Shown here in pieces: positions 38,330-52,300 of a stretch of DNA of 64,000 nt. This stretch comes from Octopus sinensis. Lineage: Eukaryota. Positions within the stretch are counted from its first letter, which is position 1; every line of letters begins with the position of its first letter. Below the pieces are notes generated by a model that was not told where the DNA came from, did no database searches, and saw only the letters and a list, made by a program, of their open reading frames with translations. The position numbers were made by a program, and so were the translations under genes. Location: assembly GCF_006345805.1 (NCBI RefSeq), contig NC_043012.1, forward strand, positions 20,026,001 through 20,090,000, written 5' to 3'.

Positions 38330-38628
38330 TTTGCGACGTACAGTAAAAGAGGGAATACAAAAGAGTGACAGAGAGAGAGAGGAGAAATGGAAAGAAAGGA
38401 AGAGACGTAAACAAGAGACTATGGCACTACAACCAGCCAGGAACAGTCTTCGCTACATTTGCGGTACCTGCCAGAGGGAGTGTTTGTCCAGGATAGGACT
38501 ACACAGCCACAGCAGGAAATGTATCAGGACATGAATTATAAAAGCCGGACTAGACTACAAAGAAAAAAAAAACAAAAAAAACATGCGCAACTCCATTGTC
38601 TCCCGAGACAGAAAGGACGCCAATACAA
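38330..38628 (+). mobile_element. RTE-clade LINE 3' end
   Basis: ICGTCQRECLSRIGLHSHSRKC zinc finger; tail ccattgtctcccgagacagaaaggacgcc(aatac)n. Confidence 0.8.
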
Positions 38629-38799
38629 TACAATGTGTTGTGATCCAGAATTAGGTATAGGACATATGACCCGTGGACCTAACTTTGGATGAATTGCGAA
38701 TCTAATGTTGAGGCCGTTTGGTCAATGCTGGTGGTATATTCTCCACATTGTGCAAATGATGTATGGCTTACGGCGGTGCAGGTGAGAAGAGTTTGCATG

Positions 38800-39640
38800 C
38801 TCAAACCTCTTTATGCTACGTCTTGAAATGATCATCAGGAACATCGACTGGTCGGGTGTTGTGATTATCAACGGTGAACAACAAACACATTTACGATTTG
38901 CAGATGTTATTGTTCACATCATTGTAACCGTAGACCAGGTGCAGATACTGCGGACAGAGTTCAGCTCCCAGAGATTATAAGAATATCTTACAATGAACTG
39001 CATGAAAACAAACAATTCGCAGCCGGAAGACATAAGATAGAAGTTGGATGCGAAGAATTCAAGGAATTAACATTATAATTCTATCGTAAATAATGCGAGA
39101 TGTGGACGCTGAAATTACAAGCAGGATGCGGTCAGGATTCCAGGCATTTAACTCAATAAAGGATGTTCTACAAACAGAGCTAGTTAATGACATACGTGCC
39201 AAACACTTGAATAGCGTTCTCCTACCATCGCACTTATATGCAACTGGGACAAAATTCTCTACGAAGGAGAAAGAAAAACGAATAACTACGACACAATGGG
39301 GCCTTGGTGAGATCTATAAGAGGACTACCATTACGGGAGCATACTGGAAAGGAGATACTTCGAGAACGGAATGGAAAGATCGTTGTGATTGCAGAGTACC
39401 GAAAGCAGATGCTTCGCTGAGCGCGACATGTTGCACAGTTCATACACATCAGGTAGATCCTTGCATTTTCCGAACGGTATCCAACAGGACATTTTCAAGG
39501 CCCCCATGACAATGAGTAGCACTTTGGTCATGCGATTTGGGTCAAGAGAGAAGAGAATAGTGCAATGAATGCGGAAATGAAGCGCATTGTGACCAGCAGC
39601 GCAAACGGCATACCATGGCCTGGATGATACAATGATGCCA
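38800..39640 (+). mobile_element. Decayed RTE LINE RT C-terminal region
   Basis: LEMIIRNIDW..IINGE..HLRFADV; EITSRMRSGFQAFNSIKDVL. Confidence 0.75.
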
Positions 39641-40168
39641 TGATATGTATGTGTGTGTGTGAATATATATATATATATACATACAAATATATATACAGAC
39701 ACACGCGCATCTATATACTTCAGCGTATATGTATTTCTTTTCTTTTTTTTTACTTGTTTAGAGAAAGACAATCAATAAAAATATATTATAATATATAAAA
39801 TATATAAACATAAACAAATATTGATTGCTTACGGGTAAGGAACGCAGAGGATAATCAGGCCAAGTATCAGGCGAATCATATTCTTCTGTATAAACTGGAA
39901 GTTTACAGTTTACTATGAATATAATCTGCAAAATAAAAAACAATGTATATATATATATATTTCAGCATGAGTACCTTTTGTTAAAAATAATCTTTACAAT
40001 TGGTATAGGTGTGGCTGTGTGGTAAGAAATAGCTTACCAACCAAACGGTCCCGGATTCAGTACTACTGCTTAAGTGTTTCTTCTACCCATCCAACCGACC
40101 AGATGGTCGTGAGTGGATTCTTTTGAGGGAAACTGAAAGACCGCAATATGTATGTATATATATATATA

Positions 40169-40655
40169 TTTGTAAAAAATGAAGTTCGAAAATGCTGCTG
40201 TATTATACAATTTTTAATTTTTATATATACATTATAACATGTTTCACTTCCTGAAATGAACCTTATCAAAAAAAGTTATATATAAAAAGAGACAGCTCAT
40301 GCCGTCAAACACAAGAAATTCATTTATAATACACAACGGAGTCAGACATCTTAGAGTTCATGTATAGTTGATATATAGTTCATGTATAGTTGATATATAG
40401 TTTGAAGTATATGTTCAAAGTGTTCGATGCAGTGGCCCAAGCAATTGTGATGACCTATGGCGGAAGTTCGCTGGGTGGTTCTAGTGAGTTTTTGTGAAAT
40501 GCTCGGTTTTATAATGCCTGTTAGGTGGTCAATCTAGCGTAGCGCGACGTCATCAATGTTTTGACCAATCGTTTCGTTAGGTGGCTTTAACCAAGTGGAA
40601 CGGGACGTCATCATTATTTTGACCAATCGCTGCATTATAACTCCCTCTTGTTTGT
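40169..40655 (-). mobile_element. Second copy of the 3' end of the 57-kb PLE
   Basis: Near-identical to 57024-57615 except for a ~105-bp indel. Confidence 0.85.
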
Positions 40656-41042
40656 ATGTGTGTGTGTGTGTGTGTGTGTGTTTTTGTTTGTATATGTATG
40701 TGTTCATGCATTTTTCGAAGAAATATTTTCTCTATTGTAATTTGTTTATTTACTAACCAGTTCCTAGAAAATTTATTGTAAATAATTGATATAAGTACAC
40801 ACCCAGAATTACGCCTAATAGCAGTTTTCTATGAATCGATTTTCATAAAAGAATTTTCCAAGGTGAGTCGCACAATACGGCAACACAATTGTTGTGTTTT
40901 CATTATTTGTGTAACCTCCTTTCCTTCGTGTACAAGTGAAAACTTTGGTTTTGAGTCATCGTGTTTTCTATCTTTAGCATGCTGGTGCTTGCTTTATGGT
41001 TCTTTACATATATATATGCATGTGTATATAAATATATTATTA

Positions 41043-41342
41043 TCAATATCTATAAATCTGAAATGCGAAAGTTAGTTTGTTTGTCTGGTTTTGGCATTGG
41101 AACGGGTTAAAGGGCACTAGATCCCGTTGGATTGATTCCAAAATTTACAGTGACATGTAAAATGAGGATGTTAGTGGGTTAGGTTGGAAGTCTTCTCTCA
41201 TTCTCTTATCTGCCTGTCTTCCTCCGTCTCTCTCTCTCTTTCCTCCCTTCCTTTCACTTTCTCTATATAACGTCGTTTAACAGAGTCTACTACCTCTCCC
41301 CCGCCGATCGCTAGCGCTATCACACCCACACACACCCACACA

Positions 41343-41389
<47 letters not shown>

Positions 41390-41582
41390 TTCTCTCTCTC
41401 TCTCTAAGTCTGTCTGCCATCACCACACAATCATGAGAACAAATATTATGAATCGGATATTTATTGGGTTAATTTATATATGTGTGTGTGTGTGTTCTAT
41501 ATATGAATATGTATATATAATGTATATATTCAAAGTGTATATATATGTATCTATATATATATATATGGTATATATATGTATA

Positions 41583-41636
<54 letters not shown>

Positions 41637-42616
41637 ATTTGTATACATTTGTATATATAATGATACACACACACATATATATATAATGCGTATATATGCT
41701 CATATATATTTAATGCGTATATATATATATATATATGTATATACATATATATATATATATATATATCATGTGTGCATTATGTTGTCGGTTAAGCTGAAAA
41801 TATGCACGCCTATGTTAAAAGTGCTGGCGAGTTTGCATGGCAACTATTTTTTTCCTCAAATGAAAGGCGTGACCTCTAGGACAAAATTCCTCATAAAATG
41901 TGGCCCGAGTAGATCCGAATGAAATCGGGTTATATTAACCAAAATTTAAAAAGGGTCTAAATGGAGCTGGAAGAGGATTAAAATTTACAGGAATTCTCTG
42001 TTACATCAAGCTAAAAAAACTGCGCCAGCCTTTAAATCGGCAATGTGTTGCCGTCCATGATGAAGAAGTTTTGAATGCTTGCCATGGTGAGTCTACTGTC
42101 GTGAGAAAGAATCACTTCAAGACTTGCTGTTTAGGAATGTTCTTTTACATTAAGTTCAATATTTTCCGCCAACCGTTAAACGTTGCTGTCCGTCGTTAAA
42201 AAATGACAGCCATGGTGACTCAACTATCCTCAGATTCTATCCCTTCAAATTTTGAATTCCAATAATTTTTTTTTTATTCAGCGCTCAAGTTCGTCTGTCA
42301 CTTTTAAATGTTAGTATTTTGCTGTCTGCCTTGAAGAAGACCTTTCCGTTGTCATTGCCTGATATTTATGATTGATCTTTCAACATATTTTCTTTTGTTG
42401 TTTATAAATAGGAGAGATATAGATAGATAGAGAAGGATAGAGAGTAAGAGAAAGCGAAGGAGAGTCCGAGAGAAAGGAAGAGTAAGAGAGTGAGAAAGTG
42501 AGAGAGAAAGGAGAGAGAAACTAATGGGGAGAATGCCGTGATAAAAGCAGAAAAGAAGGAACAGAAAGTAACAACCACACACTTATTCGCGCGTAGAGCG
42601 GGTCACCTTAAGCTAG
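41043..42616 (+). mobile_element. Non-autonomous Helitron, long member of the same 3'-end family
   Basis: a|TCaatatctataaa...; ends cgcgcgtagagcgggtcaccttaagCTAG|t. Confidence 0.7.
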
Positions 42617-42674
42617 TATATATATATATACGTATGTCTATATATGAACATGTATATATATGGATATATATATA

Positions 42675-42727
<53 letters not shown>

Positions 42728-43715
42728 TGTGTGTATATATACACACACAGACACATACATATATACGCACACACACACACACACACACATAATGAATAAA
42801 CAAAGTAACACATACAACACATTTATTATTGTCATATAATAAAGAAACAAAAGTTCATGTATGAAATTGAGGTTTTTTTCTACTTCAGATATTACATATT
42901 TCTCTATTATGAAAATAACTCATACAGGGGGAAGTAAATTATATATATAATAATACTGTAAATATGGCTACCGAGGAACAGTAATTACCTGCTCAACGGC
43001 GGGTATTAGTGCTAGTATATAATAAGTGCAGAATGAAACTATAAATCATTTCAGTAAAGTTTGTTTTTTTCATTTTAGATTAATTTTGACTATAGTATGG
43101 GGTCTTAAAATTTTACTGCCTGTTTCCCCAATTTTGTCTTTGTGTACAAGTGAGGACTTTGAGTCATCTTGTTTACTATCTTTAGCATGGTTCTTTACAT
43201 ATATATATATAAGCATTTATATATATATGCATATATATATGTATATACGTATAGATTCATATATATACACACACATAGATATATATATATATATATATAT
43301 ATCCACACACACATACACATACACATACATATATACATATTCCTATATATATATATATATACATATATACACGTACATATATATGTATATATACACACAT
43401 ACACACACACATATATATATATATATATTTGTCTGCTCGTTTAGCCAGCGGGGTGGCGTCATTTGAAGGCTAAAACAATGCGAAGCGCATTGTGACCAGC
43501 GATATGTAGCAGGATCTGATAGCCTGGTCGGTGACGGTAAGGTGACGGTGATACACCGATATTTACTGGAGATGGCAGTCAATACAAATACGACGCTTTC
43601 TTAAAGCTTCACTGCGTATATACAATGACCTTGTATAGCATTGGTATAGCTCTTCATGCGCATATCATTTCTGGGTGTGTTCGTGCATTTCGAAACCTCA
43701 TGACTCACCCAGAAA

Positions 43716-44860
43716 TCTCTCTATATATAAAACTGAGAATGTGTGTGTGTGTGTCTGTCTGTCTGTCTGTCTGTGCGTTTCCCTAAAACTTGAGAACTAC
43801 ACAACCAATTTCATTCAAATTTGACACATGCCTTACTTAGGGTCCAGGGAGTGTCATCGGCAAAAAAATTTTACTTTTTGTCTAGGGTGAGCCCACAGCA
43901 ATATCATATCTTCTCCACTACGATTCCCTGAAACTTGAGAACTACACAACCAATTTCATTCATGCCTTACTTAGTGTCCATATAGTTTCATGGGCAAAGA
44001 AACTGTTCAACTTCTTGCCTAGAGCGAGCCCATAACAATATCATATCTTCTCCACTATTTCAGTATTACGTGTTAAAAGTGAAACAAAAACGTTTCTCTA
44101 TTTTATGCCAGATACTTTCACTTTAACAACAAAAAAAATAATAATAATTGAATTATACATAGTAAGTAATAATTAAAATCAACCTAAAGTATAATATAAT
44201 CGTAACATAACAAAATTAAAAATAGCAATTGGTATAAAATTGCATCAATGACTTGAACTTGAATAAGTGGTTTCACATGAATGGGAATAAATTAAAAATA
44301 AAATTAGCGTGCAGAAATGGAATAGTCCAGATGGATAATAGAAAATTAAATTATATAAAACACTATTGTCTATAAAGTATACAATGTAGAGAAAAAAGAA
44401 GATCTGAAAACATGGAGGAAAGCACCTTTGAAAAGTGTCTTGGTGGGACTATGAAATATATCTAATCAGAGGCGGCAAATTCGCCACAATAGAAGCAAGG
44501 TTCGAGTCAACGGAGCGTGCAAGGGAGTACTCGACTCGAACTTGGAAAGTGGAAATATTTTATTTCAACTCTATATCTGGGACGTAGAGGTAGGCTGGAT
44601 TGTAGCCACACTTCTATACAAGTGGGAGGACAAGATACAATTGATCGAAATTACAAGAGACGGGCTAACAATTCCAGTCTGTTATATGTTTCGAGCATTG
44701 TTATCACTAGCGATATCAAGATATAACTTTCTATCTTGTATTTTATGTGTAGATGTATATATATATATAGATAGATGTACATGTAATATGTACACATATA
44801 TATACACATATATGCATGCCCTAGCACTATAACCCGGCAACGACTGTTCTTTTATGCTCG
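43716..44860 (+). mobile_element. Non-autonomous Helitron with (GTCT)n near the 5' end and an internal ~135-bp duplication
   Basis: a|TCtctctatatataaaactgag; ends acccggcaacgac...CTCG|t. Homologous to 46450-47158. Confidence 0.8.
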
Positions 44861-44979
44861 TAAATAATAAATATGTTAGATTTGTCTATAGTTAATACAT
44901 ATTTCTTTTTTTTTTCTCATAGACATTTAACACTAAAGACAATATTGGTGTCTTGTCGTACCACTTATCTATATTTATA

Positions 44980-45544
44980 TTGCGTTGTCCAGAAAGTTCG
45001 TGCCGATTTATAGTAGCTTACATTTCGACTTATTTTAGAACATACTTGTGTCCATAAAATAGCATTTGACGACATCTCCTTTTGGAGCACAGTTTAAGCT
45101 ATGTTTTCGTGAAAGAAGAATTATGTTCCTATAAACTGTGATAATTCTGTAAGCCTTTATAATGGCAGAAAAGAAAGTTCATTTGCGGAACTTGATGCTT
45201 TGGGAACCAGACAAAAATTGCTGCAGCTCGGCTGGGATGTGTTACCCACTCTTCATATTCACCAGATATTGCTCCTTCGGATTTCCACTAAATCAGGTCT
45301 CTGTAGAATAGTCTTAATGGTAGAATTTCAATTCCTTGGATGACGTAAAAAGATACCTTGATGAATTGTTTGCCATGAAACCACCTCAATTCTGGGAAGA
45401 GTGTATTTTCAAGTTAAAGGAAAGATGGAGACGCATTGCGCCACAAAATGGTTCATATTTGGTTGATTAAAAATGTAATGGCAAGTAATTATTGACCATT
45501 TTCTTGCCTTTAAAAATCGGCACGAACTTTCAGAAAAAAAACAA
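44980..45544 (+). mobile_element. mariner internal-deletion derivative with both TIRs and TA target duplication
   Basis: Left TIR ttgcgttgtccagaaagttcgtgccgattt, right TIR aaatcggcacgaactttc...caa|ta; YSPDIAPSDFH motif. Same family as 27063. Confidence 0.9.
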
Positions 45545-45636
45545 TATTTATACTTCTACACTTATGGGTCTATATTTTACTGGAAAGTAATACGTTTGTT
45601 TGCAATAAATATTTTTTCATTGAATACATATATGTA

Positions 45637-45692
<56 letters not shown>

Positions 45693-45845
45693 TGAAGTAG
45701 ATAAATGAATTATCTTATTACGTATAATTCAAATGATAACCGATACCTGGGTAGCAAAAATCACAACAGAAAACGCACGGTTGAAGGTACGACCATGGGG
45801 CATAAAAACCGCGCCTTAGTGCGGAAATTTGAAGTTTTATATATG

Positions 45846-45953
45846 TTAAGTGTAGGAAGAAATGGAGCTGAACGAAGATTTAACAAAATTCCTTTATATG
45901 ATATAAAGGAATTTGTTAAATCTTCGTTCAGCTCCATTTCTTCCTACACTTAA
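45846..45953. repeat. Near-perfect 108-bp palindrome (54/53-bp arms, 1-nt loop)
   Basis: The arms differ by a single A indel. Confidence 0.95.
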
Positions 45954-45981
45954 TATATATATATTATATATATATATATAT

Positions 45982-46015
<34 letters not shown>

Positions 46016-46449
46016 ATATGCATGTATATGTGTGTGTGTAATGAGCTAGTTTTTCACGTAACAACAGAAAAAGTTTATGATAAATGTAACTGCATGCGAC
46101 AACAGCATATAATTAAATAACAGAGAAAGCTGTGCACAATGAATTGTATGCTGAATAAAAGAAGAACTATAACAGACTTACGCTTCTAGGGAACGTTTTA
46201 CCCATGTAATGTGGAAAAACTGAAGTAAGAATCAGAAACCGGAAAGAACACCTACCTTGCTTAAAGTGCTCCTTTCAAATGTAAAATGTGTAAAAAGATT
46301 AGGTCACGTGTGAGGTCTTTCCCTTAGTGAAGACAGAATGGGAAGTATAAAGTGAAAGAAAGATTTCACTGGAAAAGATTTCAAAGTGCAATTGAAGCAT
46401 TTGAATAATGAAAGTGTACATGTTTAAGACAAACATATATGCTTATACA

Positions 46450-47157
46450 TCTTTATATATACAAAACTGAGAATGTGTGTGTGTGTGTCTGTCTGTCTGT
46501 CTGTGTGTGTGTTTCCCTAAAACTTGAGGACTACACAACCAATTTCATTCAAATTTTACACATGCCTTACTTAGGGTCCGGGGAAAAAAATTTAACTTTT
46601 TGTCTTGGGTGAGCCCACAGCAATATCATATCTTCTCCACTACGATTACCTAAAAGTTGAGGACTACACAACCAATTTCATTCAAATTTTACACATGCCT
46701 TACTAAGGTTCCATATAGTTTCATGGGCAAAGAAAATGTTCAACTTCTTGCCTAGAGGGAGCCCATAGCAATATCATATATTCTCCACTATTTCAGTATT
46801 ACGTGTTAAAAGTGAAACAAAAACGTTTCTCTATTTTATGCCAGATACTTTTACTTTAAAAACAAAAATAATAATAACAATTGAATTATATATAGTAATT
46901 GTAGCCACACTTCTATACAAGTGGGAGGACAAGATACAATTGATCGAAATTACAAGAGACGGGCTAACAATTTCAATCTGTTATATATTTTGAGTATTGT
47001 TATCACTAGCGATATCAAGATATCACTTTGTATTTTGTATTTTATATGTATATATATATATATATATAGATGTAGATGTAATATGCACACATATATATAT
47101 ATACACATATATACACACACTAGCACTAGGACCCGGCAACGACGGTCTTTAATGCTA

Positions 47158-47158
<1 letters not shown>
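46450..47158 (+). mobile_element. Same Helitron family, internally deleted
   Basis: a|TCtttatatatac...gacccggcaacgacggtc...CTAG|t. Confidence 0.85.
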
Positions 47159-47212
<54 letters not shown>

Positions 47213-47239
47213 ACTCTAAAATCACATTCAAAAGTATAG

Positions 47240-47275
<36 letters not shown>

Positions 47276-47511
47276 CTATACTTTTAATGTGATTTTAGAG
47301 TCAAATTTCGGCTGCTATTTAAAGCTTGGAGGTATCTCTTAGATACCCTAAATGACAATTATATATATATATAATTATAATTTAGGCCATCTAAGCGATA
47401 CCATACTGCACCAGGAGCGAAGACAAGTAAATTAATGTATAATTCCAGATTCCATGCTTGCCACTAGGTTAGTTCGATATTTAAATAACGATCTTATCTC
47501 TATTAATATAA

Positions 47512-47572
<61 letters not shown>

Positions 47573-47670
47573 TCTATATATAAATATAATATGTCCCTCA
47601 GAGGGACAACTGGCTCGCCGGTTTACCTTACCGACTGCTCTTTCTTTTATTGATCACAAATAAAAAAAAA

Positions 47671-47701
<31 letters not shown>

Positions 47702-47744
47702 CATACATACATACATACATGTATGTATACACATGCACGTTGAA

Positions 47745-48180
47745 AATTAATTCTGCCATGAAGTGAAACCATTGGGCCGGCGGATTTCCAAGATATAGCC
47801 CTCACCCCAGATCATCACTGATTCCCGTCCATGTTTAAAAGTTGGAAGAAGGCAGTCTGGATCAAATGCTTCTTTTGGCTATCTCTACAAGTATATTCGG
47901 CCGTTGGTCGGAAATAAGGTAAAGACGACTCGTCCGAAAACATAACTTTCTCCCACTGCTCTAGGGAGCAGAGTAAGTCTGTATGTTTTACTCCACTCTG
48001 AACACTGTGCAACGTTTTGCTTTTGAAATTAGTGTTTTTTCTGAGTGCAGCCCTTCCAATTAAACTGTTTGATCCATAGATGTCACTCCTTTCTAATACG
48101 CTGAGTGTCCTTATCTCGCAATGTGTATATATATATATATGTATATACGGGGTTTGGACAAAATAAAGGAAACACCTAGT
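47745..48180 (-). mobile_element. Tc1-like fragment of the same family plus a TIR piece
   Basis: WEKVMFSDES...WKSAGPMVSLHGRIN; TIR at 48148. Confidence 0.8.
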
Positions 48181-48744
48181 ACCATATCATCACAATTCTT
48201 TAGATATCTATAAATGAAATAAAAATAGATATAATGGTGGAGATACTATAAATGGGTTTTACATTAGAAAGTGAGAGAGAGAGAGAGAGAGGCGGGGAGT
48301 AGAAAAAGCGGGGTGAGAAAGGTGTAGAATTTAAAATATGAATTGGTAAAATAAGAAAAAAATAAAATATAATAGAAATAAAGGTAATGATAGATATGTG
48401 TCAGTATTGCAACAGGGTAAGAGGTAAATTGTTAAAATTTCACTAAGGTGCAGGTGGGAGGCCAATCTGCTTCACCTCTGGATATCCTGTTGCTCATTTT
48501 AGTTTTATTTACCTTACTTTGAGTTGTAAAGATAATACCAAACTAATTTTCGCTGCTTCCACTTAAGTAACTATATATATATATATATATATAGCATAAT
48601 TAAATCTCAGAATGAGATTGAAACAGTAATCGCTCGATAATGTAAAGTATAGAAGCCATCTTATCTAACCACATTGTGGAGGGGGTGGTTACTGTAGCTT
48701 TATAGCCCCAAGAGATCTTCGTCTCTAGCTGGCTCTAAACACAA

Positions 48745-49185
48745 TATCTGTGTCTTTGGAGTATTTGCAAAGGGAGGCCATCCCTTCCTCGCAAGCCTCA
48801 GTGATACGCTCGAATCTACACCAATGCCAGAACGGGACAACACTGCATAGTAGCAAAGATCGCAGCAATGCCATCACGCTTCACAACCATTTACTGCAAC
48901 AGTCTTGGATTCAATGCCCCACAGCTTTTTAATATTCTCCCAAAGAGTCTGAGGAACTTGCACAAAGGAGATGTAGGTTTTTTTTAATCAAAGCTAGACC
49001 TCTTCCTGTCCAGAGTCACAGATGAGCCTACCTCACTGCAAGAGGTGCAAATGACGGTAGCTGTATCAAACTCCATTCTTCGTCAAGTGCCACATATTAG
49101 AGGAGGCTCTTAGTAATAACAATGTAGCGCAAAACGACGGTGCATCAGCATGGCCGCAGCTCTGAGCTGAAACTTAGTAAATATA
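48745..49185 (+). mobile_element. CR1/L2-group LINE 3' end
   Basis: PQLFNILPKSLRNL...SKLDLFLSRVTDEP; tail shared with SINE family B. Confidence 0.7.
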
Positions 49186-49901
49186 TATATATATATAAAA
49201 CATATATACATGTATTTATACATATACATACGTGTCTTTGTCTTAAATATGTAGTTTCATTATTGGAATCCTTCACTTGTACTCCGAAATCTTCTCCATC
49301 CGCTTTCTTTCTCTGTCACTTTACCCTTCGCACTCTAACGTCATGCACGTATATACAGGTTGTTCAAATCGTCTCTCCGCAGTGAATTTTCTGTATCGTC
49401 CAGAAACATGCCTGGGAAATGTTCACACGGTAGTAAACAAAGGTTGAAAATGAAGGACAACGCTCTCAACACCTCTTATAAAGTTTTTTTTAAGTCCTCT
49501 AAATTTGATATTATTTTGCAATCTTACAAATATTCACTCTGTAATAATATATTTTATGCGGAAAGACTCTATTTTTACAACATTCCATGAACTAACATAT
49601 CTATTGCATCATATTTGCTTTTCCTATTACTCAGTAAAATTTTACTTTCGGTTTGCATTTACCTTCCCGCTTTAGTTTCGTTCATTTTACATTGAGGAAG
49701 CTTTCTCCTTAAACGTAAGTCCATTCTTTTCCGTATTCTTTTAGTCGATGTACAAATACCCGTGTACATGTTTTACAGTTGTTTCATTATTATTTGTTTT
49801 TGTCGCATAAGATTACATTTAACTACTACTCTTATCCTTCTCTTATTACATCACATCTTGCCAACCTCTTCGAGCTTTATCCTCTCATGAATCTTATGTA
49901 C

Positions 49902-49942
<41 letters not shown>

Positions 49943-50069
49943 TACATGATGGTTGGTATAAAGGAAAACATCCCCTAAGCACCCTGTGCGATGAGGTGTC
50001 CTTTATTTACTGAAATCTTGAATTTATGATTAAATAATGTGCTATTCATGACCAATTTTTATATATGTG

Positions 50070-50137
<68 letters not shown>

Positions 50138-50324
50138 ACGTATAGCAAACAATTTAGATTCAAATGAATATGGTACTTAATTTAGATGCACTAGCATATT
50201 TTTTATGGTATTACTCATAAAAATATGCGGGGTGATTATTGACATCTGTATCTGTATATTTACCTTCCCTAAGATGTTACTAATTGATTTGAGAACTTTA
50301 TATTATTGGAAAACCTATATAAAA

Positions 50325-50410
50325 TTAGCTGAAGATTACTCGACATATTAAATTTGCTGTAATATTTATAGCTTTTAATAAAATGTTGTAGTATGAAACA
50401 ATTGTACTAA
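50325..50410 (+). ncRNA. Hammerhead motif with long stem II and palindromic stem III ACAATTGT
   Basis: ttag-CTGAAGA-ttactcgacat...atgttgtagtat-GAAA-caattg-TA/ctaa. Confidence 0.7.
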
Positions 50411-50452
50411 ATTACCGGATCTATTCTTGTTGCTTATTTTTGATATATAATG

Positions 50453-50488
<36 letters not shown>

Positions 50489-50489
50489 A

Positions 50490-50523
<34 letters not shown>

Positions 50524-50774
50524 TGTGTAATTGGAAGATGATATTTACATACTCATTCATATCCCTCAAAGAAAATCCCTCAAAAAACAGGAAAATACAA
50601 ATGGAATCTGTACTCGCATTGAGATGTTATTTTCGTTAGGAGTCATATGTTAATACACGAAACACTCGGTCAGATTATGTTGAGAGCACGGTGTGAGTCG
50701 ACAATATAATTTTAAAGAGAAAATAGTAATATAAGAATTTAACTAAATATAAATGGAACTAAAAAAAATTACCA

Positions 50775-50965
50775 TGGACCTACAAACAAGAACAGACAAA
50801 GGGATTAAGTCGATTACATCGACTCCAGTGCGAAATTGGTTCTTTATTTTGCGACCCCGAAAGGATGAAAGGAAAAGTCTACCGCAGCGGAATTTGAACT
50901 CAGAATGTAACGACGTCAAAAATTGTTAAGCATGTTGCCCGGTGCGCTAGCGTGTCTGCCAACTC
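50775..50965 (-). mobile_element. SINE family A, degenerate
   Basis: Reverse-complement match to the consensus. Confidence 0.75.
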
Positions 50966-51576
50966 GTCGCCTTTTCAAACATATAGTTATATACATTTGG
51001 ACATACTCAAGACCTGTAAACCTGAGAAACGTGATGAATATAAAAGGAAAACTAAAGACTAGTAATACAAATCGACAAAGAGCCACTCACGGTTCAACCT
51101 CATTTTTTAATATTTATAGATATGCGTGTGTCTGTGTCTGTCTGTTTGCATAGAGTAGTAGCCTTAATTAGAGAACGAAAATTTTAAAAAATAAAGATGT
51201 TTACTTCATTTTCCCGAATGGGACTTTAACTTTATATATTTAAAAGTATGTTCATTATGTACAACAAAGTGGCGATTAATAACTAAATAGAGAGAAGACT
51301 ATTGAAAAGGTTGAAAGCAGCCACGAAAATTTTAGGAAAATAAGAAATAAATGGAAATTTCACCGGTGAGTGTGTTACATTATAAGGCACAAAAAGAAAA
51401 TGACCCTCCCCAGACACAACAGAATATGCTTCAACACACGAACTCATATAAAGGACCTTGCAAACCAAATCCCAAAACAAAAAATATCTAAATAAATATT
51501 CGAAAAATGACCATGGACTTACCTATATATATGCATATATGTGTGTGTGTGTGTGTGTGGTGTGTGTGTGTGTACG

Positions 51577-51822
51577 TGGAGGCGCATGACTTAGTGTTTA
51601 GAGTGTCAGCCTCATGATCGTAAGATTTTGGTTTCGATCATGGACCGGGCGACGCGTTGTGTTCTTGAGCAAAACACTTCATTTCAAGTTGCTCCAGTCC
51701 GCTCAGCTGGCAAAAATCATTAACGCTGCGATTGACCGGCGACCGGTCCAGCTGGGGAACACATACGCCATTGAAACCGGGAAACCGGGCCCATGACCCT
51801 GGCTAAGCTTTAAAAGGGCGCA
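51577..51822 (+). mobile_element. tRNA-derived SINE family D (internally deleted copy at 53787-53960)
   Basis: Head similar to family C. Body gcgatggactggcgtcccgtccagctgggg...gaaaccgggcccatga resembles Deu/Nin-type central domains (recalled, unverified). Confidence 0.75.
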
Positions 51823-51835
51823 TTTATATATACAT

Positions 51836-51922
<87 letters not shown>

Positions 51923-51929
51923 TATATGC

Positions 51930-52013
51930 ACCTGAGGCAAGTATCTTCTACTATTGCCTCGGACCGAACAAAGCCTTGTTAGTGGATTTGGTAGACGAAA
52001 ATTGAAAGAAGCC

Positions 52014-52066
<53 letters not shown>

Positions 52067-52300
52067 GTGTGTGTGTGTGTGTATGTGTGTGTTTGTGTAT
52101 GTGCGTGTGTATGTCTGTGTGTCCGTATATGACACTTGACAACCGATGCTATTGTGTTTACGTCCCCGTAACTTAGCGGTTCGATAAAATATGTACTAGG
52201 CTTACAAAGAATAAGTCCTGAGTGCGATTTGCTCGAATAAAGGCGGTGACCCAGCATGGCCGCAGTCAGATGACTGAAACAAGTAAAAGAATAAAAGAAC
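51930..52300 (+). mobile_element. SINE family B
   Basis: Ends gcggtgacccagcatggccgcagtcagatgactgaaac followed by an A-rich tail. Confidence 0.85.
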
